Below are positions 12,398-26,590 of a DNA stretch of 64,000 bases, piece by piece. The stretch is taken from positions 2,604,001-2,668,000 of the forward strand of contig NC_043013.1 of assembly GCF_006345805.1 (NCBI RefSeq). Direction: 5' to 3'. Every line of letters starts with the position of its first letter. Position 1 is the stretch's first letter. The notes beneath the pieces are model-generated. The model was not told where the DNA came from and did not search any database. It saw only the letters and a list, made by a program, of their open reading frames with translations. Source of the stretch: Octopus sinensis. Taxonomy: Eukaryota. Made by a program: the position numbers and the translations under genes.

Positions 12398-12785
12398 CAC
12401 AGGCGTCGCTGTGTAGTAAGAAGTGTTCTTCCCAACTACATGGTTCCACGTTCAATCCCACTGCGTGGCACCTTGGGCAGATTCTTCTATAATTTCGGGT
12501 CGACCAAAGCCCTGTGTGTGGATTTGGCAGACAGAAACTGAAAAAAGTCCGTCGTATGTGTGTGTATGTGTGTGTGTGTGTGTTTGTTCCTCATCACCTC
12601 TTGGTAACCAGTGTTGGTGTATTTACGTCCCCGTAACCTAGCGAAGCCGATAGAATAAGGACTAAACCGATTTACCAGTCTTAATGAATAAGTACAGGGG
12701 TCGATTCGTTCGATTAAAATTCTTGAAGGTGGCACTCTAACATAGCAGCAGTCTAATGATTGAAACGAGAAAAAAAATAAAAGAT
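12398..12785 (+). mobile_element. SINE family A, diverged
   Basis: Head, (TG)n centre and tail recognisable. Confidence 0.7.
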
Positions 12786-13471
12786 GCTGATATAGATAGA
12801 TCGAGTACACGGGTGTGAAATGGAGAGATGAACACGGTGTGTAGATGTTGACAGCATAGATGGACGAATTGAGTAGATGGTTACTGGATGTCCGCAAGAT
12901 ATAGACGTTAACTGGATATTTCAAGGCTCTCAGAGTGGTCAGCATTGATGTGAGAGTATTGATGGGGAGGTGAAGGAGATCGAAAAGTCATTAGGTGATC
13001 AACTAGGAGTCGACAAAATTCAGGGATCGAAAACATTCAATTTTAAATCTTTAAAAGTTGAATTGTTAATCCTGTATGATTCGTAGCTCTCCTGGCCCTG
13101 ACAAAACGGCAAAACGGCAAAAGCGAGAATAGTTTTCTCACACCTTGATTGCATGACTGTAAAGCTTTCTCCTGTTATGAAAACATTTACTTAGCAAAGA
13201 AAATGTTTGCAATATCCTACGTTCATAACGTGGATATTTATATATATACACTCTCTTTTTTAAAAGAGAGTGCATATATATTAAATAGAACTATAAATTC
13301 ACTTCTTAGCTCTTTAACAGGAAAAATCAGATGATCAACAGTCAAATGTAGAGGCTCTGTGTATGACATAAAACCTTATCCTTACATCTATTTTAATATA
13401 TATAGCAGTTGTGGCTTTGTGAATATATTTTCTACATCAAATTCTCGTCTTTCTCTTCGCTCTCCACCCCC

Positions 13472-13480
13472 CTCTCTCTC

Positions 13481-13534
<54 letters not shown>

Positions 13535-13563
13535 CGCTCTCTCTCTCTCTCTCTCTCGCTCTC

Positions 13564-13595
<32 letters not shown>

Positions 13596-13661
13596 GCTCT
13601 CTCTCTCTCTCGCTCTCGCTCTCTCTCTCTCTCGCTCTCGCTCTCTCTCTCTCTCTCTCTC
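13472..13661. repeat. (TC)n/(TCGC) microsatellite
   Basis: Direct inspection. Confidence 0.95.
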
Positions 13662-14329
13662 GATATTTGTACGTGTACACACACACACATGTCAAGCGAG
13701 ATGAATCAACTGGGTACCGGACTTAAAAAATAAGCACTGGAATCAATTTCTTCTGCTAAACGCTTCAAGGCGGTACCCCAGCATGGCCACACTCCAACGA
13801 CTAGATAGAATAGTTTGTATTAGTTAAGTTTATTGACAACTTTGAAGAAGACATCAGTTACATATGTTATCGCATTTCTATTATCAAAAAAATATTTGGA
13901 TCTATATCAGGAAAGGTTTGCCAAACTTTAATGTCATTCTCAGTTCTCAAATTAACATCTCATGCTGATATTGAAGACGAGATGAAGACCTCTAACGATA
14001 TAAGCTTTAATATTTTGGATTTTGGATTTATGCAAGAAAGGTTTAGAAAATTTTAATGCCATTCTCAATTTACAAATCAATATCTCATGCTGATGTTAAA
14101 AGGTGATGGAGAACTCGAACAAATATCCTTTAATATAACAAAAAAAAAACAACAAGCAAACGACAAACCGAATGTCAGAATTATCGAAGGTGTTATACCA
14201 ACCATAATATAAGTTAAAGAACTCGTTATGAAGAAGAACTCTAAAGTTATGCCTTTTAATTGCAAAATGTGTTGAAAAGATATCTTGAAAATTTCAACAA
14301 GGTACTGTAGATCCTGTAAAAAACGCGTA

Positions 14330-15765
14330 ATTTATGTATTTGTCTTTGTCAAATATCTTAAGGCTTGTTTGAAGAGACAAATAATTTTCTTATATTTGGA
14401 GAAGTATTTGAGAAAACACACCATTCTTCTTAATGATGTAATGGCAGTTGCCCCTGATGGCGCATCAGTCATAATTGGTAAACAGCATTTTCATTTTGTT
14501 TTCTAAGAGGAAAAAAAATCCTAATCTATTTTACGTACATTGTGTTTATTCAGACATCTTGTAGCGAACACCCCCAGAAGAAAACTTCACAATATTCTGA
14601 AAACACAAACCAACTTTGTAAAGAAAATGTAAACAAAACCACCCAGTTTTCGATTTATTGCAATATCAATGAGAAGAGTTTCAAGCAGTTTCTTTTCCAT
14701 TCTGAAGTAAGGCAATTTCCCAAAATAGTTTACCCTGACATAATCGGTAGAAAAGGAAAAGAAAAGATATTTAAAAAGTAATGAAGTTTGAAAATCCAAA
14801 CACGTTGATTGTGAGTTGCATTACCCACCAAGAAAACTTGGTTGCAAAAAGCGTTTTCTCTGAACTGCATGACACACTGTATATTGTGGTTAAAGGCATC
14901 AATTCCATCACAGCGAGTGGCAAGTGTGAACATCTGTTCAAGAAGTTTTGTAAAGATCAATATGAAGAACATGTGAACTACTGCGGTTGTCAAAGGGAAA
15001 CTACCTCAAAAACATTTATGCAACTGTTTGACCTTCTCACTAAATTTTTGAAGGACAAATCTGAAATAAGTCGCCTGTTGACAACAGACGGCAAAACTTA
15101 TGTGAACCTCTTGGCTGACATTTTTGAGAATCTTTGTTCTTGAAACAAGCAACTCTAAGGAGCCTCTGGGACGCTCATTAATGCAAAAAACCAAAATCTT
15201 TGGATTTATTACTTTTTTTTTCCGGTACCAATGCAACATATTGGCAATAAATTTTAGCCAATTCTCTTGGTTGAAAAAGTGTGGGATAATTGATGCTTTA
15301 AAGAACGTCATTGTTGGTCACTTGAGAACATTAGTTAATGAATCCAATGTAAGATTTTAGGATCTGAAAACAGAAGAGGAGTTCCCTTCTTTGATGACTC
15401 AGTTATTTCTACTGGGTTTATCCAAAGTGCCAGTGTAATTCCAAGAGGAGCTATCGGAGCCGCAACAAGATGTGTCTGAAAAACTCTTTTCAAAGTCAAG
15501 AGAACCATGATGCAGACGCCTGGAGAAAGGGAAAAGATGTAGCCAAACTCGAGTAATTTAGTAAGGGAAGTATTGATACACTTTCCATCGTCTTATGAAA
15601 TCGAATGCAGATTTAGTGTTGCTACCGGTTGATTACAAGCTAAGAGAAACGACTGAACATCATGAGATGCGGTGATGTAAGTTTAAAACTGACGGAATTG
15701 ACCCCTCAAATCCAACAAATTTGCAACTAGTAGATTTGCTTAACTCAAGGTTTTCACATCTAAGT
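14330..15765 (+). mobile_element. hAT (Buster/ZBED5-8-like) transposase remnants, two fused fragments
   Basis: VAPDGASVIIGK (D motif), HC..., FHSEVR; second copy CITHQENLVAK, VNLLADIFE, and C-terminal FPSSYEIECRFS...KRN..GD..LKLTELTP; many stops. Confidence 0.8.
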
Positions 15766-15816
15766 AACAAGAGCATAAAACTACCAATAAAGTTTTAATT
15801 ATAACTTTTTTTTTTA

Positions 15817-15870
<54 letters not shown>

Positions 15871-16134
15871 GGCGATCGGTCTGGCATAATTGCTAGCTTG
15901 CCGGGCAAAAATGCTTACTGGAATTTCATCCCACTCTACATGCTGGATTCAAATTCCGCCGAAACCGACTTTGCCATTCGTTCTTTCGAAGCCGATTAAA
16001 TAAGTACCAGTTAAGCACCTGGGTTGATGTATTCGATTCACCCCCACCCGAAAACTGCTGGCCTTGTGGCAAAATCTACAATAATTCAGTTGACACCTAC
16101 ACAGCGACTATCCATTCGGTAAACACAGACTCAC

Positions 16135-16173
<39 letters not shown>

Positions 16174-16207
16174 CAGTAAACAACGATATACTCTATCTAA
16201 CTATGTT

Positions 16208-16446
16208 AATACCTATTTCTTTACTACCCACAAGGGGCTAAACACAGAGAGGACAAACAAGGACAGACACACGGATTAAGTCGATTATATCTACCCCAGT
16301 GCGTAACTGGTACTTATTTAATCGACCCCTAAAGGATGAAAGGCAAAGTCAACCTCGGCGGAATTTGAACTCAGAACGTAACGGCAGACGAAATACCGCT
16401 AAGCATTTCGCCCGTAGTGCTAACGTTTCTGCCAGCTCGCCGCCTT
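16208..16446 (-). mobile_element. SINE family B, full length
   Basis: aaggcggcgagctggcagaaacgttagc head to aaagaaataggtatt tail on the minus strand. Confidence 0.9.
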
Positions 16447-16894
16447 TCACGCCGTATCTACCTGTCTCGTGAACATCTATCTAAATACTACGAATATCCA
16501 GTAAACAGCTGCTCATTGGGTGTATCAATTTTGCCAATATTTACTCACTGTATGCATGTCTCTTTAATATTGTATTTCTCTTTCTAGAGAAATATTACAC
16601 ACTGTCAACATCTACACTGTGACCAGCTATCTATTTCTATCCATAATCAACCGAGTTAACATCTATACATTATGTCTAACCCTATAATCAACTATTACTC
16701 TCTGTCCTTCGAACGTCTGTGTCTGTCTATCCATTGATTTTTTCTGTTCAATATCTGTCGAGTTAACATCTACACGTCATGTTAACAAAACAATTAATTA
16801 TTAAACATTGTCTAATTTTCTTTCCAACGTCTACGCGCTTCGTCTTCTCAGTTAAAATCTACTCACTGCGTCTTTTGCGTCCATTTTATACGTT

Positions 16895-17295
16895 ATACTG
16901 CGGCCATGCTGGTGTACCGCCTTGAAAAAAAAATTTAATTGAATGAATCGACCCTAGTACTTATTTTTAAGCCTGGTACTTGTAACAATCACTGTTGACG
17001 AACCGCTAAGTTATGAGGATGTAAACACATCAACACCGGTTGTCAAACACTGCTGGGGGACAAACACACGCGCGCGCACGCACACACACACACACACACA
17101 CACACGCGCGCGCGCACATGTACATGCACTTCTATACGACGGTGTTCTTTCAGTTTCCATCTACCAAATCCACTCACAAAGCTTTGGTCGGCCCGAGGCT
17201 ATAGTAGAAGACTCTTGCCCAAGGTGCCATGCAGTGGGACTGAACCCAGAACCATGTACTTGGGAAGCAAGCGTCTTACCACACAGCCACGCCTG
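16895..17295 (-). mobile_element. SINE family A
   Basis: Family A match with (CA)n centre. Confidence 0.8.
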
Positions 17296-17567
17296 TGTCT
17301 ATCAACAATTATACAGCCTGTTCTCTGTCGATCAAGTCAGCCAGCATCTCTATGCCACATCTATTAACGCAATAAACATCTACACGAGTTGTCTAACTAT
17401 TGAAACAGAGCAATGCCAAGTACTATTAGTTATAAAGGAGTCAGAAATAATTATCTCCAACACATGTGGAAGTAAAAGGTATTCGGGGGCTTTTCTGTAC
17501 AGAAATCTTAAAAGAACAAAAACAACAAACAAAAGACGTAATGGTTTCAGGAACAACGCTAGAAATT

Positions 17568-17960
17568 TTAGAGGGGAGGGGCTTAATTGATGCAATCAAC
17601 CTCTGTACTTAACTAGTCCTTCATTTCGTCGTCCCCGAAAGGTTGAATGGCAAAACTGATCTTGGGAAAATTTTGAAGTTAGATTGTAAAGAGTTGGAAA
17701 AATACCTTGAAGTATTTTTGCGGCGTTTTTTAAAAACTCTTCTTGAATTTTTTTTGCCATAAATCTTTCCTTTGAGGCGACGATCTTGCAGAGTCGTTAA
17801 AGCGCCGCAAAAATACTTGAAGGTATTTTCCCAACTCTTTACAATCTAACTTCAAAATTTTCCCAAGATCAGTTTTGCCATTCAACCTTTCGGGGACGAC
17901 GAAATAAAGTACTAGTCAAGTACAGAGGTTGATTGCATCAATTAAGCCCCTCCTCTCTAA
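17568..17960. repeat. Near-perfect ~158-bp inverted repeat built from a diverged SINE B
   Basis: Arms ~17568-17725 and ~17803-17960 are reverse complements with few mismatches. Confidence 0.9.
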
Positions 17961-18952
17961 TTTGATAAGAGCTGCCCTCCTCAAAGTACATCCAACCATC
18001 TTTAAAAATCGGACTACTCTGGATATGGCAGTCCTACATGCAATGTATCCGAAGAGAAAAGACGAGTTGGCCATTACTTAGAATATCCTTGATCCATAGT
18101 TTCAAGGCTGATCCTGGGCTAACAAAACATCAACAACTGGAGGATACTAGAAATAATCTCACAAATTTTGTATTCATGTAATTAAAATTGATTTCAAATT
18201 TTGGCACAATGCCAGCAATTTCGAGGGAGTGAATGAGTCGATTACATCAACTCCAGTGCTCAACTGGTACTTACTTTATCGACCCGAAAAGGAAGAAAGG
18301 TAAAGTCGTCCACGGCAAAATTTGAACACAGTACACGAAGACGGAAGAAATGCCGCTAAACATTTTGTCCGGCGTGCTAACAATTCTGTCAGTTCGATGC
18401 CTCACTCATAATTAGTATTTTAGATGCGAAAGGACAAACTTGTCCCTTTGGAGATTATTAAACATTTCTAGTGGATTAAACAAAATTAATGAAATTAATG
18501 TGAGTTTTCTAGGTCTTTCGTTAATTATAGCACATTTTCATAAAACTAAGAAATTAAAAAAATATAAACTCGTTAACAACTCTACAATGAGAATTAACAG
18601 ATGGCAAAACATAGGAAGGTGGTGCATTGCTGCAGAGTTAAAGTACTCTCTAGAAACACAAGTTTTTGAGAAAGAAACGGATCAGAATCAAGTACTGAGA
18701 GTTTATAACTCCCATCCACGCCCCCAACACCACCACAACCACTACCATCACCAACGCCTCTTCCTTATCAACACATTAATCCTCTCCAAGAATAAGAAAA
18801 TAAAGACTGGCACAGCGAAAGAAGATAAAATAATACGAAGACAATTCGCGATGTGACGGAACCCAGCAAACTTGAAACACAGCAGAACATAACGAACATA
18901 AGAAAATTTATACCAGTATCAGCAGGGAACACACACATATCCTTCCATCCGA

Positions 18953-19083
18953 ATATAATAATATTAATAATAATAATAATAATAATATAATAATAATAAT
19001 AATAATAATATAATAATATAATAATAATAATAATAATAGTAGAAATAATAATAATATAATAATAATAATAATAATAATAATAA

Positions 19084-19156
<73 letters not shown>

Positions 19157-19194
19157 GTAATAATAATAATAAAATAATAATAATAGTAATAGTA

Positions 19195-19258
<64 letters not shown>

Positions 19259-19342
19259 TAAAACTACTGAATAATAATAATAATAATAGTAATAATAATA
19301 ATAATAATAGTAATAATGATAATAATAATAATAGTAATAGTA

Positions 19343-19393
<51 letters not shown>

Positions 19394-19395
19394 TT
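18953..19395. repeat. (AAT)n microsatellite, ~440 bp
   Basis: Direct inspection. Confidence 0.95.
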
Positions 19396-20628
19396 AGAAA
19401 AACGAGCGAAAAAGATACTGTTAAAATGTGATATGGCAAAAAAATATCACCAACATCACCAACATCACCAGTATAGTTCCACTCTAAAACAAATAAAGAA
19501 TGCAAAGATTACAATGTGGAAGATTTGAAATTTAGAAAGAACAAGAACTCAGAGGAAGTAAAGAAACCGAATTCAGTGAGTGAAAGCGAAATCGTGTAAA
19601 ATAAACAATTCCAAGAAAAAGAAAAGAGAACAGAAATTAAAACAAAAGTAAAATATTCCAATGAGAAAAAAGAAGTCATTTCAAGGAATTAAACAACAAA
19701 ACCATAAAGATTTTGGAGAAAATATGTAAAATCGAAAAAGAAATCCCTAAAATAAATTCAATAACTGACAGAATAAAAGAAGTGGAGTATATTCCATTGT
19801 AAGAATAGACAGATATTAAGGCATGAGATAATGGCAACTGGAAGTCACGTGGAATAGACAACGCTGCTGAATAGAATATCTACATAACTTGTACACACAT
19901 GCATGTCCTATGCCTTAATAATACTGAATAATTTAAAGGTGATTGTCAGCAACATATTGTCTGGATACCCCTCTTCCCATCACAACAACTACGTCAGCTA
20001 CCATAGAAGACATGACAAGGGTCACACCGCTTCAAGCAAATGAAGGCTCTCAGCAGTAGAACAATAATATAAACATATTCCTGAGACAGCTGAAGAGAAT
20101 TAAAATATGTTATTGTTATTGTCTAACCACGTATCAGCATCCCTTCTTGAGCAGACTGACAATCAAAGGCATTTCACCCGTGATCTTGCCTTGTCTTTTT
20201 TTTTTATTTTTAGGGATATATATGACTATATCATCTGAGTTATCCTTTCCTTATTTATTACTATAAGAGTGATTTTGTGTAGAGAAATGTAGATATGAGG
20301 AAACCACCTTTACTGTTTTAAAAGGCAACTTGCCCACGTGATATTAATGTGATTTGGCCACCAGAAAATAAGATTTCTGTAGAGTAGATTTTTTTTAAAA
20401 AAGGGATTTGTTGGTGCAATCGTAAATAAGAATGGTGGGTTCGATTCCCACACATACTAATACCCATTTTTTTTTGCGCAGGCGCGGCTGTGTGATAAGA
20501 AGCTTACTTTCCAATCACATAGTTTCGGGTTCAGTGGCACCTTAGGCAAGTGTTTTCTACTATAGCTCCGGTCCAACCAAAGACTTGTGAGCAAATTTGG
20601 TAGACGGAAACTAAAAGAAGCCCATTGT

Positions 20629-20664
<36 letters not shown>

Positions 20665-20727
20665 CTTATTTATATATATATATATATATATACATACATA
20701 CATACATACATACATACATGCATATAT

Positions 20728-20761
<34 letters not shown>

Positions 20762-22825
20762 GGGGATAAACACAGATACAATGACACACTATATATAATA
20801 ATAATAATGGTTTCAAATTTTGGCATAAGTCCGGCAATTTGGGGGTGGGTTAAGCCGATTACCTCGATCCCAGTACTCATATGGTACTTATTTTATGGGT
20901 CCCGAAGAGATGAAAGGCAAAAGATGACGGATATATGAAGACATGCAAGAACAAATTACAAAACTTTGTCGTCGGTCATGCGGAAACGATTGGGAAAATT
21001 CAGACGCGGAAGATTAAAGAATACAGGATAGAAATAAAAAATGAAATGAAATGTGAAAAGCCAGGAAGGAGACGGAGCAGCCATCCTGTGCCGATGAAGG
21101 AAGCTCATAGATCCAGGTTTACCCTTACAATCAAGAGCAAGGGCTCCTTACCGGTCTAAAGGCGCATGTCAGGAGCAGGTCCATTCGTTGTGGCTGTAGT
21201 CGTCAGTTTCGATCAACCTTTTGGCAAACTTACTGGAGACAACAACGCTTCTAGCTTCTTCGGCAAATGAAACTTGAAGAAGTTAAGAAGGGACTGGTCG
21301 AAGAGAAATGTGTTTATCCTCAACAGTTTGAAATTTGACCACATCGACGACGATGATGATGATGAAATTCTAAGATCTTATTGAAATATTTTACATTTAA
21401 ATATCATCAATGCTATTAGTACATTTTCGGTGTAAAACATAACATATAGTCGTGTGCTATTGCATTAGTACGTAAGAAACGCAAACATTCAGAACCACAG
21501 CGACACAACGCAAATAAAATCGATATTCACTGAGTGTCCGTTTCAAGAAGGAACAAGTGAAAGTAGAGTGTCAGAGGACAGCTTTAAGTTGGTACTTATT
21601 AACACTGCTTACTTTTAATTCCCCAAGAAAGCCTGCTGCAACCTACTTTTGTTAACAAGAAGAGTAAGAAGGCTAAGTAAATTGATTATCACTGAACCAG
21701 TAACATTCTCCCGAGAAATTGGCTTAGGTTTTGAACAGCTGAAAATCTAAAACCAAGGCAGCAGCAGAAGTGAATAAAAACATAGTACATCTGAGGAATA
21801 TCCATTATAATCCATAAAGATATCTCGTAGCATGGACAATACTTCTGTGAATTGAATATCTACATATCAATAAAAAAAGGTGATTCTTGCTTGGATGTAC
21901 AAACCTCACTTGATTAGGGCAGAAGAAAGAACATTTTCCACTGGGACAAAATCATCTCTACTAGTCACATTAATAGTAATATCTATAATTCCTATGATAT
22001 AGAGGACGAGCGTTATTTTATGTCAATGATTCTCAGCCTTCTGTATGCTACACACCCCCAAGAAATAATTGATCAATTTTCGTACCCCCTAGAAAAGTAA
22101 CACCTCATTTGAAGATGAAAAGGTCAGTTTTCTAATAACTAATTTTGTAATTTTTTTTTCTAAATTGAACCACGTATAGTAATGGGGGTGAACAAATTGG
22201 ACTCAGAAAATAAGCTTTTGATTCAGGGCATAAAACGCAAATGCAAAGAGAGCAATTAGGAAAAACTGCAAACAGTGAAATCAATCGCAATTGTGAACAT
22301 AAAATTCCTCGATTTCTTTGTAACCGCTTCTCGTTCATGACGTTATAAAAACGTTGAGATTCCTTGCTGATTGCGATCTGCGAACCAACTTGTCGATTCA
22401 GACACACCTGAGTGACAAAAGAGAAGTGAGTCTAGAACCACCGAAGTTTCTCGTTCCAAATGGAACGAGGACACAGTTTGGGGCCATAATCTCATAATGG
22501 TTAAATCTACATATATAGAATAAAAATTTAATGGCGTGCTTAGTTGCACTAAGGGTATTTTTCATTGTCAGTTAATAATTTAATTCTGATAAAAGATTTT
22601 AATAGAATATGTCCTTTCCTTCATTGTTGCGCAACCTAAAATGCCCTCTCGTGCTCACAAGAGATGAGAGCATCCCAGGTCGGGAATTTCTTGTGTAAAT
22701 CTGTCTTTCGAAAACATAACGTTCTGTCAGGACGACTACCGTTAGCTTCAACAAAATATGTATGTATGTATGTTTGTATGCATGTGTGCTTATTGCATAT
22801 GTATATACACACACATAAACATATT

Positions 22826-22862
<37 letters not shown>

Positions 22863-23394
22863 ACACACACACTACATGCCTAGCGAACCAGGCTCAACTC
22901 TTTACAGACAACGTTCTAGGCATCTTCTGTGAACCTCTACTGGTTTTACAAGATATTACTGAAACTTAGAAAGTGCTCGATATACTAGTTAGCAGACAAT
23001 AAACTTTACACAATTTTCCATATCTAGAAATGACTTAAGCGTTTTAATAATACACGAAATAACTCAGAATAATTATGTTGTGCAGAAGCAAATTGAAATA
23101 TTAAAGAAATTAGATTAACTTCACTGCTGAGGTGTAAACATGGCAGATTCTAAAGATGTATTTATTATCCATTAGGAGACTGTAAGGACATCGGCAGGAT
23201 ACCTAAAAGTATAGATACAAGCAACATCCCAGAAAATTACTAATACACAGGTCTGAAAATCTTGTTAGAATATTCTCTAAAAATTACCTGTTAATTCTGA
23301 ATATTATGAGCCAGTATTCCAGAATGTACTTAAATCTTGTGGCGTAAGAATGGAGGCATTTGATGTATCTTTTAAATCGTTAATATCAATAATA

Positions 23395-23565
23395 CTCTAC
23401 CTGTCTTACAAAATGAGGATGTGAAAATGCTATGGCGACTTATACAGACAGACCACAGGTTATCACGTAATAAACCTGACAGTAGATTCCATGATAAAAA
23501 TGCCAATTGTGTATTAATAATCGATATGGCAATACCAAATGATTGTAATGCTATAGAAAGCTCAC
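23395..23565 (+). mobile_element. Old R4/Dong-type LINE REL-endonuclease fragment
   Basis: VLQNEDVKMLWRLIQTDHRLSRNKPD...VLIIDMAIPND. Confidence 0.65.
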
Positions 23566-23709
23566 TAGACAGACAAGAAATTACAGTCACTTAACTGTCG
23601 AATTCTAAACATTACAGACGTTAAAGAATGTGTCTGTACTTCCATTTATAATTGATAGGAATGGAGAAATTGTTGCTTCCAGATAATAGTAATACTCGGA
23701 TCTGTAATT

Positions 23710-24956
23710 ATTGGTTACAAATTTTGGCACAACACCAGCAAGTTTGAGGGAGGGGTAAGTCTATTACACCGACCTCAGTCCTCAACTGGTATTTATTTTA
23801 TCGACCCTGAAACGATGAAAGGCAAAGTCGACCTCGGCGTAATTTGAACTCAAAATATTAAACATTCCGCCCAGCATGCTAACGATTCTGTCAGCTCACC
23901 GCCTTCGTTAATAACTATAATAATCCTTTCTACTAAAGCACAAAGCTTGAAATTTTGGGGAAGACGGCTTAAAGATGAAATGGCGAAGTCGACCTCGGTG
24001 GAATTTGAACTCAGAAAATACCTATTTCTTTACTACCTACAAGGGGCTAAACACAGAAGGGACAAACAAGGACACACAAACGGATTAAGTCGAGTATATC
24101 GACCCCAGTACGTAACTGGTACTTATTTAAGCGACCCCGAAAGGATGAAAGGCAAAGTCGACCTCGGCGGAATTTGAACTCAGAACGTAACAGCAGACGA
24201 AATACTGCTAAGCATTTCGACCGGCGTGCTAACCACTCTGCCAGCTCGCCATCTTCTAAAGCTGTAAATAAAAAATTATTATAAAGCATTTCTTAACACT
24301 GAAAAGTCATGTTGACCTTCAATATTTTAATTTTTACTTTTTATCTATTTATTCTTATCAATCTTGAAGGTTATTGACTCTGAACATCGTTTTTAACCCT
24401 GAGCACTTTTAGGCCTGTCGTCCTAGATGTACACAATTTTTGTTTTGAGAGAAGAAACCTTTTATATCGTTCGCAAACAACGAGTGATTACAATAACAAC
24501 AACAGCAACAACAATAATAATCCTTTCTACTAAAAGCACAAGGCCTGAAATTTGTGGGGAGGGGATAAGTCGATCACATCGACCCCAGTTTTTCACTGGT
24601 ATTTAATTTATCAACCCTAAAAGGATGAAAAGCAAAGTCAACCTCGGCGGAATTTGAACTCAGAACGCAGCGACAACAACAACAACAATAATGATAATAA
24701 TAATAACAACAACAACATCAGCAACAACAACAATAATAAAAATGGTTTCATATTTTGGCACAAGGCCAGAAATTTCGGGGAAGGGGTAAGTCGATTACAT
24801 TGACCCCAGTACTCTACTGGTACTTATTTTATCGTACCCTTAAGGATGATAGGCAAAGTCAATCACGGCAGAATTTGAACTCAGAACGTAAAGACGGACG
24901 AAATACCGCTAAACATTTTGTCCGGCATGCTAACGATTCCGTCAACTTGCCACCTT
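23710..24956 (-). mobile_element. Cluster of SINE family B copies
   Basis: At least five B cores (~23820, 23990, 24150, 24630, 24860). Confidence 0.8.
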
Positions 24957-24959
24957 AAT

Positions 24960-26590
24960 AATAATTGAACCTCTTGCTATTCATGGACGACTTGAAGTTG
25001 TTCACAAGAAGTGAGGCAGAACCGGACATATTTTCTCGAATGATATCAAGATGGAGTTTGGACTCTCAAAATGTGCTACAATAGTGATGAGACGAGGAAA
25101 GCTTGTCAGGAAAGAAGGCATCTGTATGCCAAACGGTGAAATGATGAAGGCAATTGAAACTGATAAGGCGGCGAGTTGACAGAAACGTTAGCACACCAGG
25201 CGAAATGCTTAGCGGTATTTCGTCTGCCGCTACGTTCTGAGTTCAAATTCCGCCGGGGTTGACTTTGCCTTTCATCCTTTCGGGGTCGATTAAATAAGTA
25301 CCAGTTACGCACTGGGGTCGATGTAATCGGCTTAATCCGTGTGTCTGTCCTTGTTCGTCCCCTTCCCCTCTACATGTAACCCCTTGTGGGTAGTAAAGAA
25401 ATAGGTAATTGAAACTGAATCCGGTTATAAATACCTGAGAATACTTGAGACAGAAGGAATTAAACACAATGATATGAAAGAAAAGACAAAGAAAGATTAT
25501 CTGCGGCGAGTGAGTAAAATATTGCCTTCAAAGCTGAATGCCGGAAACATAATCTCGGCAATAAAGTCGCGCGCAGTCGCTGTAGTCCGGTATGGCCCTG
25601 GAACCCTAAAGTGGGCAGAGGTGGAGCAAAAGGTGATCGCCTATACATGAAGAGAGCAAATGGAGGAAGGGATCTGATAAGTGTGGAAGACTGCGTACGT
25701 ATCGAACTCGGGAACTTAATGAGATACCCATCCCAAAGTAAGGCAGCCTTGCTAGTGTCATTTAGGAATGAGAAGTATTGAAAGCAGAGGAAAAGAAGGA
25801 AACAAAGGAAGAAGGAAGAAAAGGACATGAAGAAGCATTGCGCAACAAGAGACTATACAATCAATTGCATGTAACCATGGTTGAAGTTGGTGGAAAACAT
25901 AGGTGGGACTGGCTGAAGAAAGGAACGCTGAATAAAGAAACTGAGAGCATTATGCTGGCCACGAATTGGAGGATCAATCTTAGGAATGAGCAAGTGTTTC
26001 CACTGTGCCACGTCTGTAATAGAGTGGGCAAAACCATGGCCCTAGAATTGCCCAAACCCATTACAAGTTGTGGCGACACAATGAGGAAGCAAAAGTGCTA
26101 CATTGGAAACTGTGCGAAAAGTGGAGGCTAGAGAGAGAGGCAAGACGTGATATGAGCACAAACCACAGAGAGAGGCGGAGTCGGAGACCGGCAAAATCCT
26201 CTGGGATCTCCCAATCCAATCAGATTAGGTGATAAAGCATAACAGACCGGACCTAGTAGTGGTCGACAAGAAGGAAGGCGAAAAGATAGATATATACAAT
26301 CCTCTTAAGTACGAAATAGCCCGTTATGGAAAATGAAGGTGATGATAGTGCGAATTATAGTTGGGTCCTTGGGGGCAGTATCAGAAGGCATCAAGAGGAA
26401 TATAAAGGAAATCGGAATAGAGTGCTCAGTAGGTTTGCTTCCTTGGCATGGCCAGAATAACCAAGTATTAGATAGTTGAAAAAACAGATAGCATGGTACC
26501 GTAGGCTGCAGGTAGCAAGCTCGCTATGTATGCAAAACTCCAGGAGTTACAACAAAACCCGAGATAAAAAGAACAATAATAATGATGATA
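24960..26590 (+). mobile_element. R4/Dong-type non-LTR retrotransposon, 5'-truncated and decayed
   Basis: LLLFMDDLKLF (RT), DIKMEFGLSKCA, GYKYLRILE, DRLYMKRANGGRDLISVEDCV, WDWLKKGTL, HNRPDLVVVDKK (REL); starts and ends in short TAA repeats. Confidence 0.85.
25164..25406 (+). mobile_element. SINE family B inserted in LINE RT with 12-bp TSD
   Basis: TSD aattgaaactga at 25152-25163 and 25407-25418. Confidence 0.9.

Noticed and set aside
18768-19505. 245-aa poly-L/I/Y ORF
   Set aside because: Translation of the (AAT)n microsatellite
20935-21200. Possible RTE C-terminal remnant (GLKAHVRSR); similar hint at 28240-28480
   Set aside because: Similarity too short to support
21613-21738. Minus-strand exon candidate with AG/GTAAG boundaries
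   Set aside because: Stop codons in all three frames
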